Source: an uncultured Chloroflexota bacterium (GTDB lineage Bacteria > Chloroflexota > Dehalococcoidia > UBA2247 > RBG-13-53-26). From it: a DNA stretch of 28,750 nt. Location of the stretch: contig CALMBS010000036.1 in assembly GCA_937860285.1 (NCBI GenBank), positions 1 through 28,750 of the forward strand, in the 5' to 3' direction. A model generated the notes under the pieces. It did not search any database. It had not been told where the DNA came from and saw only the letters and a program-made list of their open reading frames with translations. The position numbers were made by a program, and so were the translations under genes. Below are positions 18,311 to 26,803 of the stretch, piece after piece; the first letter of the stretch is position 1; each line of letters starts with the position of its first letter.

Positions 18311-19816
18311 TTGAACATTCTTCTCGCATATCCACGTTACCCCGACACCTTCTGGAGTTTTCGACACGCACTGAAGTTCATCGCCAAGAAGGCGGCCTAC
18401 CCTCCACTGGGGCTGCTCACCGTCGCCTCCCTCCTGCCCGAAGAGTGGGCCAAGAAGGTCGTCGACCTGAACACGGACGACCTCCACGACAGGGACATCG
18501 CCTGGGCGGACTACGTGTTCGTCAGCGCCATGGACGTGCAGCGCCAGTCGGCCCACGATGTGGTCCGGCGGTGCCACCAGATGGGCAAGAAGATCGTGGC
18601 CGGCGGCCCCCTCTTCACCACCGTCCACGACGAGTTCCCGGAGGTGGACCACTTCGTGCTCGGGGAGGCCGAATCCCTGATGCCGCGCCTGGTGGCGGAC
18701 CTGGAGAAGGGGACCGGGGAGCGGTTCTACCAGACGGAGGAGAGGCCGGACATCCGCCAGAGCCCCATCCCGTCCTGGCACCTGATTGACACCAGGAAAT
18801 ACGCCACCCTCAGCATCCAGTACTCGCGGGGCTGTCCCTATGACTGCGAGTTCTGCGACATCGTGCTGCTGAACGGACGCGTCCCGCGGACCAAGGAGGT
18901 CACTCAGCTCATCGACGAGCTGGAGGCCATCTACCGCCTGGGCTGCTGCGGCACGGTCTTCATCGTCGATGACAACTTCATCGGCAACAAGAAGAAGCTC
19001 AAGGCCGAGGTGCTGCCCGCCGTCATCAGCTGGATGAGGAAGCGGGACTATCCCTTCACCCTCTTTACCCAGGCCTCCATTGGCCTCGCCGACGATGACG
19101 GGCTGCTGACCATGATGACCGATGCCGGGTTCGACCGGGTCTTCATCGGCATCGAGACACCCAACGAGGAGAGCCTGGGCGAGTGCGGCAAGCACCAGAA
19201 CACCAACCGGGACCTGGTGGCCTCCGTCAGGAAGCTGCAGAACCACGGCCTGGAGGTACAGGGGGGGTTCATCGTGGGTTTCGACAGTGACCCCTCCAAC
19301 ATCTTCGACTGCCAGATCAACTTCATCCAGCAGAGCGGCATTGTGACCGCCATGGTCGGCTTGCTCAGCGCCCCGCGGGGCACCAGGCTCTGGATGCGCC
19401 TCAAGAAGGAGGACCGCCTTCTTCGTGAGTCGTCGGGGGACAACACCGATTTCTCCATGAACTTCGTCCCCAAGATGAACCGCGAGTCCCTGGTGGGCGG
19501 CTACCAGAACGTCCTGGCGTCCATATACTCGCCGCGCAACTATTACGCCCGGATCGGCACCTTCTTCAGAGAGCACCGGCCGGTGGTTCACGGCCACCGC
19601 GGCTTGAACAAGCGCCAGTTGAGCGCCCTGCTGAAGTCGATGTGGTACCTGGGGGTCAGGGAGAAGGGCCGTATGTACTACTGGCGTCTGGTGACCTCCA
19701 CCCTGGTCCAGCGGCCCCGCCAGTTCCCGCTGGCCATCACCCTGGCGGTGTACGGGTACCACTACCGCAAGCTGCTGGACGGCTACCGGCTGGACGGCCG
19801 CCAGAGCGCAGCCTAG
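18311..19816 (+). CDS. Cobalamin-binding radical SAM protein with DUF4070 (HpnP-like architecture)
   Basis: TTG start after AAGGAG; YPPLGLLTVA B12 domain; SRGCPYDCEFC; FIVDDNF; VFIGIET; GGFIVGFD. Confidence 0.92.
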   Translation: MNILLAYPRYPDTFWSFRHALKFIAKKAAYPPLGLLTVASLLPEEWAKKVVDLNTDDLHDRDIAWADYVFVSAMDVQRQSAHDVVRRCHQMGKKIVAGGPLFTTVHDEFPEVDHFVLGEAESLMPRLVADLEKGTGERFYQTEERPDIRQSPIPSWHLIDTRKYATLSIQYSRGCPYDCEFCDIVLLNGRVPRTKEVTQLIDELEAIYRLGCCGTVFIVDDNFIGNKKKLKAEVLPAVISWMRKRDYPFTLFTQASIGLADDDGLLTMMTDAGFDRVFIGIETPNEESLGECGKHQNTNRDLVASVRKLQNHGLEVQGGFIVGFDSDPSNIFDCQINFIQQSGIVTAMVGLLSAPRGTRLWMRLKKEDRLLRESSGDNTDFSMNFVPKMNRESLVGGYQNVLASIYSPRNYYARIGTFFREHRPVVHGHRGLNKRQLSALLKSMWYLGVREKGRMYYWRLVTSTLVQRPRQFPLAITLAVYGYHYRKLLDGYRLDGRQSAA

Positions 19817-19834
19817 TCAGGCAGGAATTTCTAG

Positions 19835-20296
19835 ATGAAGTCAGCTGAGGGCCGCCTGGGCCGCGTCTTCGTCATCCGCCTGGAGCACGGGGACCGGCTG
19901 CCCGACTGCATTGAGCGCTTCGCCGAACAGGAGGGAATCTCCGTCGGACACGCGATCCTGGTAGGGGGCATCGGAGAGGGGCACGTCGTGGTCGGTCCCC
20001 GCCGCACCGATGAGCGCCCCCCGGAACCCATGCTGCTGCCGATCGACGGGGCCCACGAGGTCGCCGGGGTAGGGGTGATCGCACCCGATGAGGAAGGCCG
20101 GCCGCGCCTGCACATCCATGCCGCCCTGGGGCGGTCCGGCCAGACCACCACCGGCTGCCTGCGGCCAGGCGTCAGCACCTGGGTGGTGGGCGAGGTCATT
20201 GTCTACGAGATCACCGGCGCCAGCGTGTCCCGCGTCCGGGACAGCGAGACCGGATTCAGTCTCCTCGTTCCCCGGACGGGCCCAGGGCCCGAGTGA
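19835..20296 (+). CDS. PPC/DUF296-domain protein
   Basis: GRVFVIRLEHGDRL, LVGGIG, HIHAALG...GCL. Confidence 0.88.
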   Translation: MKSAEGRLGRVFVIRLEHGDRLPDCIERFAEQEGISVGHAILVGGIGEGHVVVGPRRTDERPPEPMLLPIDGAHEVAGVGVIAPDEEGRPRLHIHAALGRSGQTTTGCLRPGVSTWVVGEVIVYEITGASVSRVRDSETGFSLLVPRTGPGPE

Positions 20297-20308
20297 GGAA
20301 GTCAGGCC

Positions 20309-20980
20309 ATGATGTGGGAAGCCCAGAGGTCAGAGGTAGTTGAGACGGCACGTCGCATCCACCACGCCGGCTTCGTAGCGGGCACCGCCGGCAACGTCAG
20401 CCAGCGTTTCCGGGAACCGGGGGGCCGGGAGCTGATGGCCATCACCCCCAGCGGACGCTGCTACGACACCATGACGGCTGACGATATCGTGGTGCTGGAC
20501 ATGCAGGGTCAGCGCATAGCCGGGGACCTGGCGCCCTCCATAGAGGCCATGATGCACCTGGCCATCTACCGCGCCAGGAGGAACGTCTGCGCCGTAGTCC
20601 ACACGCACGCGGTCCACGCCTGCCTGGTGGCGGTAACCGCCCGGGAGATCCCGCCGCTGCTGGACGAACAGGTCACCTTTCTCGGCGGTGAGATTGTGGT
20701 GGCGGACTACGCGCTGCCCGGCAGCCCGGAGTTGGCCAGGAATGCCGTGGCCGCCCTCGGCTCGAGGAATGCCGCCCTGCTGGCCAGCCACGGTGCGGTA
20801 GCCGCCGGCCGGGATCTGCGAGAGGCCTTCGACAACTGCGCCATACTGGAGAAGACCGCCCACGTGTACGCTCTCGCCAGGATCATGGGAGATGTGAGAG
20901 CGCTTCCACCTCATGCGGTAGAAGCAGGAAAGACGGCCTTCGCAGCCAGATCCGGCGATGCTGCCCCCGACGCCTCCTGA
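20309..20980 (+). CDS. Class II aldolase/adducin family (fuculose-1-phosphate aldolase-like)
   Basis: GTAGNVS, ITPSG, PSIEAMMHLAIY, VVHTH, LASHG. Confidence 0.92.
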   Translation: MMWEAQRSEVVETARRIHHAGFVAGTAGNVSQRFREPGGRELMAITPSGRCYDTMTADDIVVLDMQGQRIAGDLAPSIEAMMHLAIYRARRNVCAVVHTHAVHACLVAVTAREIPPLLDEQVTFLGGEIVVADYALPGSPELARNAVAALGSRNAALLASHGAVAAGRDLREAFDNCAILEKTAHVYALARIMGDVRALPPHAVEAGKTAFAARSGDAAPDAS

Positions 20981-21017
20981 CTGCGGTCCCCGCTCGCAGC
21001 TATCGGCGCTTTCGTCT

Positions 21018-21287
21018 TCAGGGCATGCAGGCCTGCGGGCCGTCTTCCAGGTTCAGTCTCGAGTTGGTAGATGGTGAGTGAACGTACATGCAGGCTATCA
21101 AACGATCCGCCAGGTCCTGGCAGTCATGCTCGTACCGACAGCCGCGGCACTCGTTGTTCGACTCACTGCAGGCTCTAGCCCAACGCTGAATGATCAGGTC
21201 GTCGTACCGCTTGGGGTACCACTTAGAGCCCCTTCTCGGTGACCTTTGGTCTTCCTTCGTGGATGGAATAATGGCTGCCCCCCCCAA
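21018..21287 (-). CDS. Small Cys-rich hypothetical ORF; start unclear (TTG inside upstream ORF)
   Basis: ACSESNNECRGCRYEHDCQDLADRLIAC; 65-nt overlap with upstream ORF. Confidence 0.5.
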   Translation of the reverse strand: MGGAAIIPSTKEDQRSPRRGSKWYPKRYDDLIIQRWARACSESNNECRGCRYEHDCQDLADRLIACMYVHSPSTNSRLNLEDGPQACMP

Positions 21288-21582
21288 TATCTAGGACAAT
21301 GGCGCTCTCAGGAGTCGTCAGCATGTCCTGCCACTCCTGCTTGCTGAGCCATTCCTGATAGCTCTCCTTGTCCGGGCCGGCGATGCAATCCGAGAGGTAG
21401 TTAGGGAACTGCTTGTGGCATCCGCAAAGCTTGCAGACGCCCTTGCTGACCTGGGCAGTCGCCCGCTCAATCTCCCAGTAATGCCTGCAACCTGACTGCA
21501 CAGTTTGAGTTGCTGCTGGCCCCTCGACCTTTGCTACTTCGTTCGCGGTCGCCGCTCTGTGACGAAGAGTTGGCGCTTTCAT
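21223..21582 (-). CDS. Small putative Zn-binding protein (CxHxW-I...CxxC)
   Basis: GCRHYWEIERATAQVSKGVCKLCGCHKQFPN; SD GGGGAGG 8 nt before ATG. Confidence 0.75.
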   Translation of the reverse strand: MKAPTLRHRAATANEVAKVEGPAATQTVQSGCRHYWEIERATAQVSKGVCKLCGCHKQFPNYLSDCIAGPDKESYQEWLSKQEWQDMLTTPESAIVLDIGGGSHYSIHEGRPKVTEKGL

Positions 21583-21824
21583 GGCTCTTTCCTCCCCAGT
21601 TAATGGTCCACCCTTCGTCTCGAAGAGGTGGCCGAGTGCGCCCTGATTCCGAAGCCGCGATGCATTGCCTGTCCCAAACAGGCCTTTACCTGGTCTGACC
21701 GGATCGCATGATGGTGGCCGCCGTGGATGCATATTAACGTGCGCAGCTAGGACCCGTAGCCCAAGCAAGCCGAACCGTCCCCCTCTTTGGAAATGTAACT
21801 GCCGTCCTAACCTTTAGCAATACT

Positions 21825-21852
21825 AATATACTACGTTTTTGCGCAGTGTGAA
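21825..21852 (-). promoter_or_regulatory. Probable sigma70 promoter for the islet ORFs
   Basis: TTCACA-16 nt-TATATT in an AT-rich patch. Confidence 0.45.
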
Positions 21853-21943
21853 TCAGTAGGTCCACGTAATTCCGGTTGGGAGGGTACGTAGTCCAATGAC
21901 TGACAAGGAGCGGAAGACGCGAGCCGGCGCTCCCGCGCGCCGG

Positions 21944-22603
21944 CTACGTTTCCAGCGGCAGAATGCCGCGGCGGATAGCAAAGCGGATGAGGTCGGTCTG
22001 GCTGTGGAGGCCCAGCTTGCGCATGAGGTTGGTGCGGTGTGTCTCCGCGGTGCGCGGGCTGATGGACAGCCGCGAGGCGATCTCGGCATTGGTGCACCCT
22101 TCAGCGGCCAGCTGCAGCACCTCGCGTTCCCTGGTAGTCAGCGTCTCATAGGGATCCATGGCCGTGCCCTCTGCCTTTCGGGAGTAGGCCTCTATGGCCC
22201 GCTCCGACAGGGGGGGACTGAGGTAGCGGCCGCCCGAGGCCGCCTGCCGTATGGCCCGGATGAGCTCGTCGGAGGTGGCCGACTTCAGGACATAGGCCTT
22301 GGCCCCGGCCCTCAGGGCCTCCAGGACATAGGCCTCGTTGGTGTACATGGAGAGGATGATGACGTTCGTGCTCGGGGAGCGCTGGCTGGCCTGCCGCGTC
22401 ACCTCGAGGCCGTTCATCCCGGGCATCATCAGGTCCAGGACCACGACGTCCGGGTGAAGGCGCTCGATCATCTCGGCCGCCTCAATGCCGTCGCTGGCCT
22501 CTCCGGCGATGCTGAACTCCGGCTCGGCCTCGAGCAGCACCCGCAGCCCGTGACGGACCACCTGGTGATCGTCGGCCAGCACTATCGTCGTCTTCTTGCT
22601 CAT
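21944..22603 (-). CDS. NarL/LuxR-family response regulator
   Basis: VLADDH, LDLMMPGMNG, AYVLKS, LTTREREVLQLAAEGCTNAEIASRLSISPRTAETHRTNLMRKL. Confidence 0.97.
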   Translation of the reverse strand: MSKKTTIVLADDHQVVRHGLRVLLEAEPEFSIAGEASDGIEAAEMIERLHPDVVVLDLMMPGMNGLEVTRQASQRSPSTNVIILSMYTNEAYVLEALRAGAKAYVLKSATSDELIRAIRQAASGGRYLSPPLSERAIEAYSRKAEGTAMDPYETLTTREREVLQLAAEGCTNAEIASRLSISPRTAETHRTNLMRKLGLHSQTDLIRFAIRRGILPLET

Positions 22604-24477
22604 ACGCCCCTCCCCGATTTCGCCGTATTCCCCACCGGGAACTTCGCCACCAGGAGCGTCCCGGCTCCCGGCGCCGAGATGATCTCGAACTGTCCCCCAA
22701 GCAGCGTGGCCCGTTCCTGCATCCCCGTCAGCCCGCTGGACGTTCCCCTGGCAAACGCCGCCTCGACGTCGAACCCGATGCCCTCATCCTCAATATATAC
22801 GCCCAGCACGCCCTTGTTGAGCACCAGGCGGACCGATGCCTCCACCACACCAGCGTGCCGCGTCACGTTGGTCAGCCCCTCCTGCACTATCCGGTAGACC
22901 GCCGTCTCGATCTCGGGGGCGAACCGTCTCTGTATCCCGCGGTGCTTGAACGCCACGCGCACCCCCGTCTGGCTGTTGAACCGCTCGAAGTGCCACAGAA
23001 GGGCGGGCACCAGCCCGAGATCATCCAGCATTGCGGGCCGGAACTCGAGCGACAGGTCCTGCACCCGGGTGACCAGCTCGTTTATCGAGGCCAGGGCCTC
23101 GGACAACCTGTCCTTCACCAGCGGCGGCGGCAGGCGCGAGACCATCTCCAGGGAGAGCTTGAGACCGGTCAGCTCCTGTCCAATGTGGTCGTGGAGCTCC
23201 CGGGCCATGCCCCGCCGCTCCATCTCCTGCACCTCCACCAGCCGGCGCGACAACCGGCGCAGCGCATCCTCCGCCTGCTTGCGCAGGGTGATGTCGCGGG
23301 TCACTCCGAGGTAGCCCGTCGGCTTCCCGGACTTGTCGCGCAGGAAGGAGACCCTGTCCTCCGTCCACACGGTAGACCCATCCTTGCGCTTGACCTCGGT
23401 CTCGAGTGTCCAGGACCGCCGGGGGTTCCTCCGCCGTTTCTCTGCCGCCAGCTCCCTGGCAAACACCTTGCTGGCCGCCCTGAAAGACGCCGGGGTAATC
23501 AGGTCCTTCACGTTCTGGGGGATGTCCTCGGCGGACTTGTATCCCTGGAGGGTCTTGCCCGAGGGACTGACATAGGTGCGGTTCAGGTTCATGTCCGCGA
23601 CCCAGATGACATCGGTGATGTTCTCCGCCAGCAGGCGATACCTCCGCTCGCTGTCCCGGAGCGACTCCTCCATCTTGCGCCGCTCGGTGACGTCGCGGGT
23701 GACCCCCATCAGGCCGGCCGGGTAGCCGTCCGGGCCATAGAGGAGGGTCACCTTGTTCTCGGTCCACACCGTGCCGCCCCCCTTGCGGGTCAATTCCAAC
23801 CCCACCGTGCCCAGCTTGAATCGCTCCTTGAGGTTCTTCTTGCCGGTCAGCTCCGCCTTCATGAGCTCCAGCGCCTTCCGCAGCGAGTCCGGCGTCAGTA
23901 TCTGGTCCAGGCGCTGGGACATGACCTCCTCAATGCTGTAGCCCCGGAGGCGTTCCACTGAGGGGCTGAGATAGGTGAGATGGAGATCGGTATCCAGGAT
24001 CCAGATGACATCCATGATGCTTTCCGCCAGCAGGCTGTAGCGGCGCTCGCTCTCCCGGAGCACCTCCAGCGTCCGCTCGTACTCGTTGACGTTCCGCACC
24101 ACACAGTGGTACTGTGTTACCTCACCTTCGCCGGTGCGATCGGCCACCATGGTGACCAGGCAGTCTATCACCGTCCCGTCGCGGCTCCACAGCCTGGCCT
24201 GCCGGTCCTTGATGTACCCCTTCTGCTGCAGGTCCTTCCACGCCACCTCCAGCTCCGAGGCCTGCACGTACATCTCCTTCAGGTGCATGCGGCCGACCTG
24301 GCGGCGGCCGTCCATGAGCAGGTCGGTGGCGGACTTGCTGGCCTCGAGGATCCGGCCGTCGCTGCCCACGATGAACACGGCATCGAGGGACTGCTCAAAG
24401 AAGCGGCGGAAGACCCCGGCGTCCGCCCGGGGCGCCGCCTCCTCATCCATGGTCTTCGGTATCGTTTGCCTCTTCAT
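22600..24477 (-). CDS. Cytoplasmic sensor kinase with three PAS/PAC domains, HisKA_3 and HATPase
   Basis: ARELHDHIGQEL, YRIVQEGLTNVTRHA, DEGIGF, GLTGMQER; ATGA overlap with regulator. Confidence 0.95.
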   Translation of the reverse strand: MKRQTIPKTMDEEAAPRADAGVFRRFFEQSLDAVFIVGSDGRILEASKSATDLLMDGRRQVGRMHLKEMYVQASELEVAWKDLQQKGYIKDRQARLWSRDGTVIDCLVTMVADRTGEGEVTQYHCVVRNVNEYERTLEVLRESERRYSLLAESIMDVIWILDTDLHLTYLSPSVERLRGYSIEEVMSQRLDQILTPDSLRKALELMKAELTGKKNLKERFKLGTVGLELTRKGGGTVWTENKVTLLYGPDGYPAGLMGVTRDVTERRKMEESLRDSERRYRLLAENITDVIWVADMNLNRTYVSPSGKTLQGYKSAEDIPQNVKDLITPASFRAASKVFARELAAEKRRRNPRRSWTLETEVKRKDGSTVWTEDRVSFLRDKSGKPTGYLGVTRDITLRKQAEDALRRLSRRLVEVQEMERRGMARELHDHIGQELTGLKLSLEMVSRLPPPLVKDRLSEALASINELVTRVQDLSLEFRPAMLDDLGLVPALLWHFERFNSQTGVRVAFKHRGIQRRFAPEIETAVYRIVQEGLTNVTRHAGVVEASVRLVLNKGVLGVYIEDEGIGFDVEAAFARGTSSGLTGMQERATLLGGQFEIISAPGAGTLLVAKFPVGNTAKSGRGV

Positions 24478-24558
24478 CGGTCTGCATTCCGGCTCGACAC
24501 GGGGACACGGCAGACGCCAACGGATATGATTTTACACCAACGGGGGCCGCAAAACACA

Positions 24559-24608
24559 GGCCCTTCGGGGCCGAGGGTCGACGGGCACGGGCCCTTCGGG
24601 GCCGAGGG
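24559..24608. repeat. Two identical 19-mers 31 bp apart, each containing GGCCC-TTCG-GGGCC
   Basis: GGCCCTTCGGGGCCGAGGG at 24559-24577 and 24590-24608. Confidence 0.9.
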
Positions 24609-24630
24609 CTGATAGGGGAACGCTGAAGCG

Positions 24631-24651
24631 CGGCGGGCTCCCGTCCCGCCG
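24631..24651 (-). terminator. GC hairpin just after the marR stop (no U-tract)
   Basis: CGGCGGG-N7-CCCGCCG. Confidence 0.35.
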
Positions 24652-24665
24652 TCCGGGAAGGTCCG

Positions 24666-25211
24666 CTACGTGGACCGTTTCCTGGATTTCGCCTCGGAGT
24701 TGGCCGGCTTCCGCATCGGGGCGGAAATGACATCACCGGGAACCGTGCTGATTCCCAGCTGGTCCTTGGTAGCCGCGCCGGCGTCCAGGAGGGCCTGCAG
24801 CCCGGCCCTGACCGCCATGATCTGGTCGATGGAGAGCGACCGGAACATTATCTCCGCATGCTCACGGGCCAGCTTCCAGAGACCCACCAGCATCTTCTCG
24901 CCCTTCGGCGACAGGCAGCAGAGGACCACTCTCCTGTCCTCCGGGTCCCCCTGACGGACCACGATGCCTCGCTCGACCAGACGGTCAACCACGCCGGTCC
25001 CCGTGGCCAGCGAGACCCCCAGGGCCGACGCAATGACGCTCATTCGAGAAGGACCGTGGACCAGCAGCAGCAGGACCACCTTCAGCTGGGGAGTGCTGAG
25101 GTCCAGGCTGAGCCACTCCTTCGGCAGTATGGGGAAGAGCTCCCGAAATGCCCTCTCTGACAAGGCCAGCGTGCTGTCTATGAGTTCATCGTCAGAACCG
25201 TTGTGACCCAA
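24666..25211 (-). CDS. MarR-family transcriptional regulator
   Basis: TTG start after GGAGG; LSTPQLKVVLLL, TGVVDRLVERGIVVR, PEDRRVVLCCLSPKG. Confidence 0.93.
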   Translation of the reverse strand: MGHNGSDDELIDSTLALSERAFRELFPILPKEWLSLDLSTPQLKVVLLLLVHGPSRMSVIASALGVSLATGTGVVDRLVERGIVVRQGDPEDRRVVLCCLSPKGEKMLVGLWKLAREHAEIMFRSLSIDQIMAVRAGLQALLDAGAATKDQLGISTVPGDVISAPMRKPANSEAKSRKRST

Positions 25212-25265
25212 TGGATACCTCCGTGGCCCACTCTAGTACTCGGTGCGAGTGAGCGCCCACATAAC

Positions 25266-25317
25266 TTAGTGTATCGCTAATTGTTTCCAGTTTACCAATA
25301 GTGGTGGTAATTGTCAA
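25266..25317 (-). promoter_or_regulatory. marR promoter with two palindromic operator candidates
   Basis: TTGACA (25312-25317)-17 nt-TAAACT (25289-25294); TTACCA-N7-TGGTAA 25292-25310; TTAG-N7-CTAA 25266-25280. Confidence 0.75.
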
Positions 25318-25400
25318 CATCCGACTCTGGCAACTGTTTTTGCAGCACAAGACGCACGAGTCCGCCGCGGGCGGCGCCCGGGCGGCCGTCGCCCCCTCAG

Positions 25401-25661
25401 CTAGAGCCGCCTCAGCTCGAATACCACCGGGTTATCGGGATCGGGACAGGCCACCGTGGCCCGGTCCCCCACACCCTCCCAGGGGAAGGAGGCGCCCGAC
25501 TGCAGCACCGTAGCAAAGGGCCACAGAGCGCAGAAGGCCCAGGCGCACATCCCCGCCGGCGTGGTCTGCCCGATCAGGAACTCGTCACCCTTCTTGAGCC
25601 CCAGCGCACAGGTGCCCTTCTGGGATACCACCCTGGCCATCACGTCCTTCATCGCTGCCAT
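25401..25661 (-). CDS. TIGR04076-family protein
   Basis: ARVVSQKGTCALGLKKGDEF, GMCAWAF, FPW, CPDPDNPVVFELRR; GGAGG upstream (ORF track extends to 25688). Confidence 0.85.
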   Translation of the reverse strand: MAAMKDVMARVVSQKGTCALGLKKGDEFLIGQTTPAGMCAWAFCALWPFATVLQSGASFPWEGVGDRATVACPDPDNPVVFELRRL

Positions 25662-25693
25662 GACGAAATCTGCCTCCCCTCCGGCCAATTCGA

Positions 25694-26803
25694 TCAGAAA
25701 TCGATGGCGAAACGGCCGTCCCGGTAGAGCAGCTGGCCGTCGGCCCGGATCTCCCCGCCGCGGCGCAGATCGCTCACCATGTCCCAGTGCACCACCGACT
25801 CGTTCCGGCTGCCGGTCTCCGGATACCCGGCCCCCAGAGCCATGTGGAAGCTGCCGTTGATCTTCTCATCGAAGAGGATCTCCCGGGTGGCGCGGTCAAT
25901 GCCCTCATTGGTGCCGATGGCGAACTCGCCCACAAACCGCGACCCCTGGTCGGTGTCCAGCGTCTGGCGCAGGAAGTCCTCGTTCTTGTCGGCCGTCGCC
26001 TTCACCACCCGCCCCTTCTCAAACCACAGCCTGACCCCGGTGACCTCGCGCCCGCCATAGATGGCCGGATACGAGAAGAAGGCATGCCCTTCAACGCTGT
26101 CCTCCACCGGGCCGGTGAACACCTCGCCGTCAGGCATGTTGTACTTTCCATCGCAGTTGACGAACGACCGCCCGGATATGCCGACGCGCAGGTCCGTCCC
26201 GGGCCCCACCACGTGCAGCCACTCCTTCCCCTTGAGCCACTCGACGACCTTTTGCTGACGCTCCGAGAACCGCCGCCAGTATCCCACCGGATCGTCCAGG
26301 TCCGGGAGACAGGCGCGGTAGACAAAGTCCTCATACTCGCCCAGGCTCATCTCCGCATCCTGGGCATAGGCATTGGTGGGGAAGATCACATAGGTCCACC
26401 GCAGCTCTCCGGCCGCCGAACGCTTCATGAAGACCTTCATCATCTCGGTCCGCGCCTGCTGATGCAGCACCATCCTGGCCGGATCGACGTTGGTCAGCGC
26501 CCGGGTGTTGTCCGCCCCCCCAACGGCAATCCGCACGTCGTAGGTCTGGGTGGTCAGTTTGAGTGGTTCGGGCACGTGCTGCAACTGCTCGTCCGAGGCA
26601 TGCTTGAAGAACAGGTCCTCCATGCCGGGAAGGGTCACCCGCATCAGCGGATGCCCGCCCGCCTTCAAGGCCTCAACGTAGACTGCCTTGAGCAGCGGCT
26701 CCGCCAGGCTGTCACCCTCAATAACCACCTTGTCGCCGGGCCGCACGGCCACGGAGTATCCGACGATCACCTGGGCCAGCTTCTCAACACGCGGGTCGGC
26801 CAT
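25694..26803 (-). CDS. M29 (AmpS/PepS-type) aminopeptidase
   Basis: NMPDGEVFTGP, GEFAIGTN, LFDEKI..FHMALG.GY, HWDMV. Confidence 0.95.
   Translation of the reverse strand: MADPRVEKLAQVIVGYSVAVRPGDKVVIEGDSLAEPLLKAVYVEALKAGGHPLMRVTLPGMEDLFFKHASDEQLQHVPEPLKLTTQTYDVRIAVGGADNTRALTNVDPARMVLHQQARTEMMKVFMKRSAAGELRWTYVIFPTNAYAQDAEMSLGEYEDFVYRACLPDLDDPVGYWRRFSERQQKVVEWLKGKEWLHVVGPGTDLRVGISGRSFVNCDGKYNMPDGEVFTGPVEDSVEGHAFFSYPAIYGGREVTGVRLWFEKGRVVKATADKNEDFLRQTLDTDQGSRFVGEFAIGTNEGIDRATREILFDEKINGSFHMALGAGYPETGSRNESVVHWDMVSDLRRGGEIRADGQLLYRDGRFAIDF

Noticed and set aside
21745-21800. GGGGACG...GCTACGGGTC (minus strand) recalls a c-di-GMP-I riboswitch
   Set aside because: Lacks the GCAAA junction and GNRA-capped P2; an Infernal scan would settle it.
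25392-25421. Imperfect 15-nt direct repeat at the TIGR04076 stop
   Set aside because: Only two copies with three mismatches; probably a trivial local duplication.
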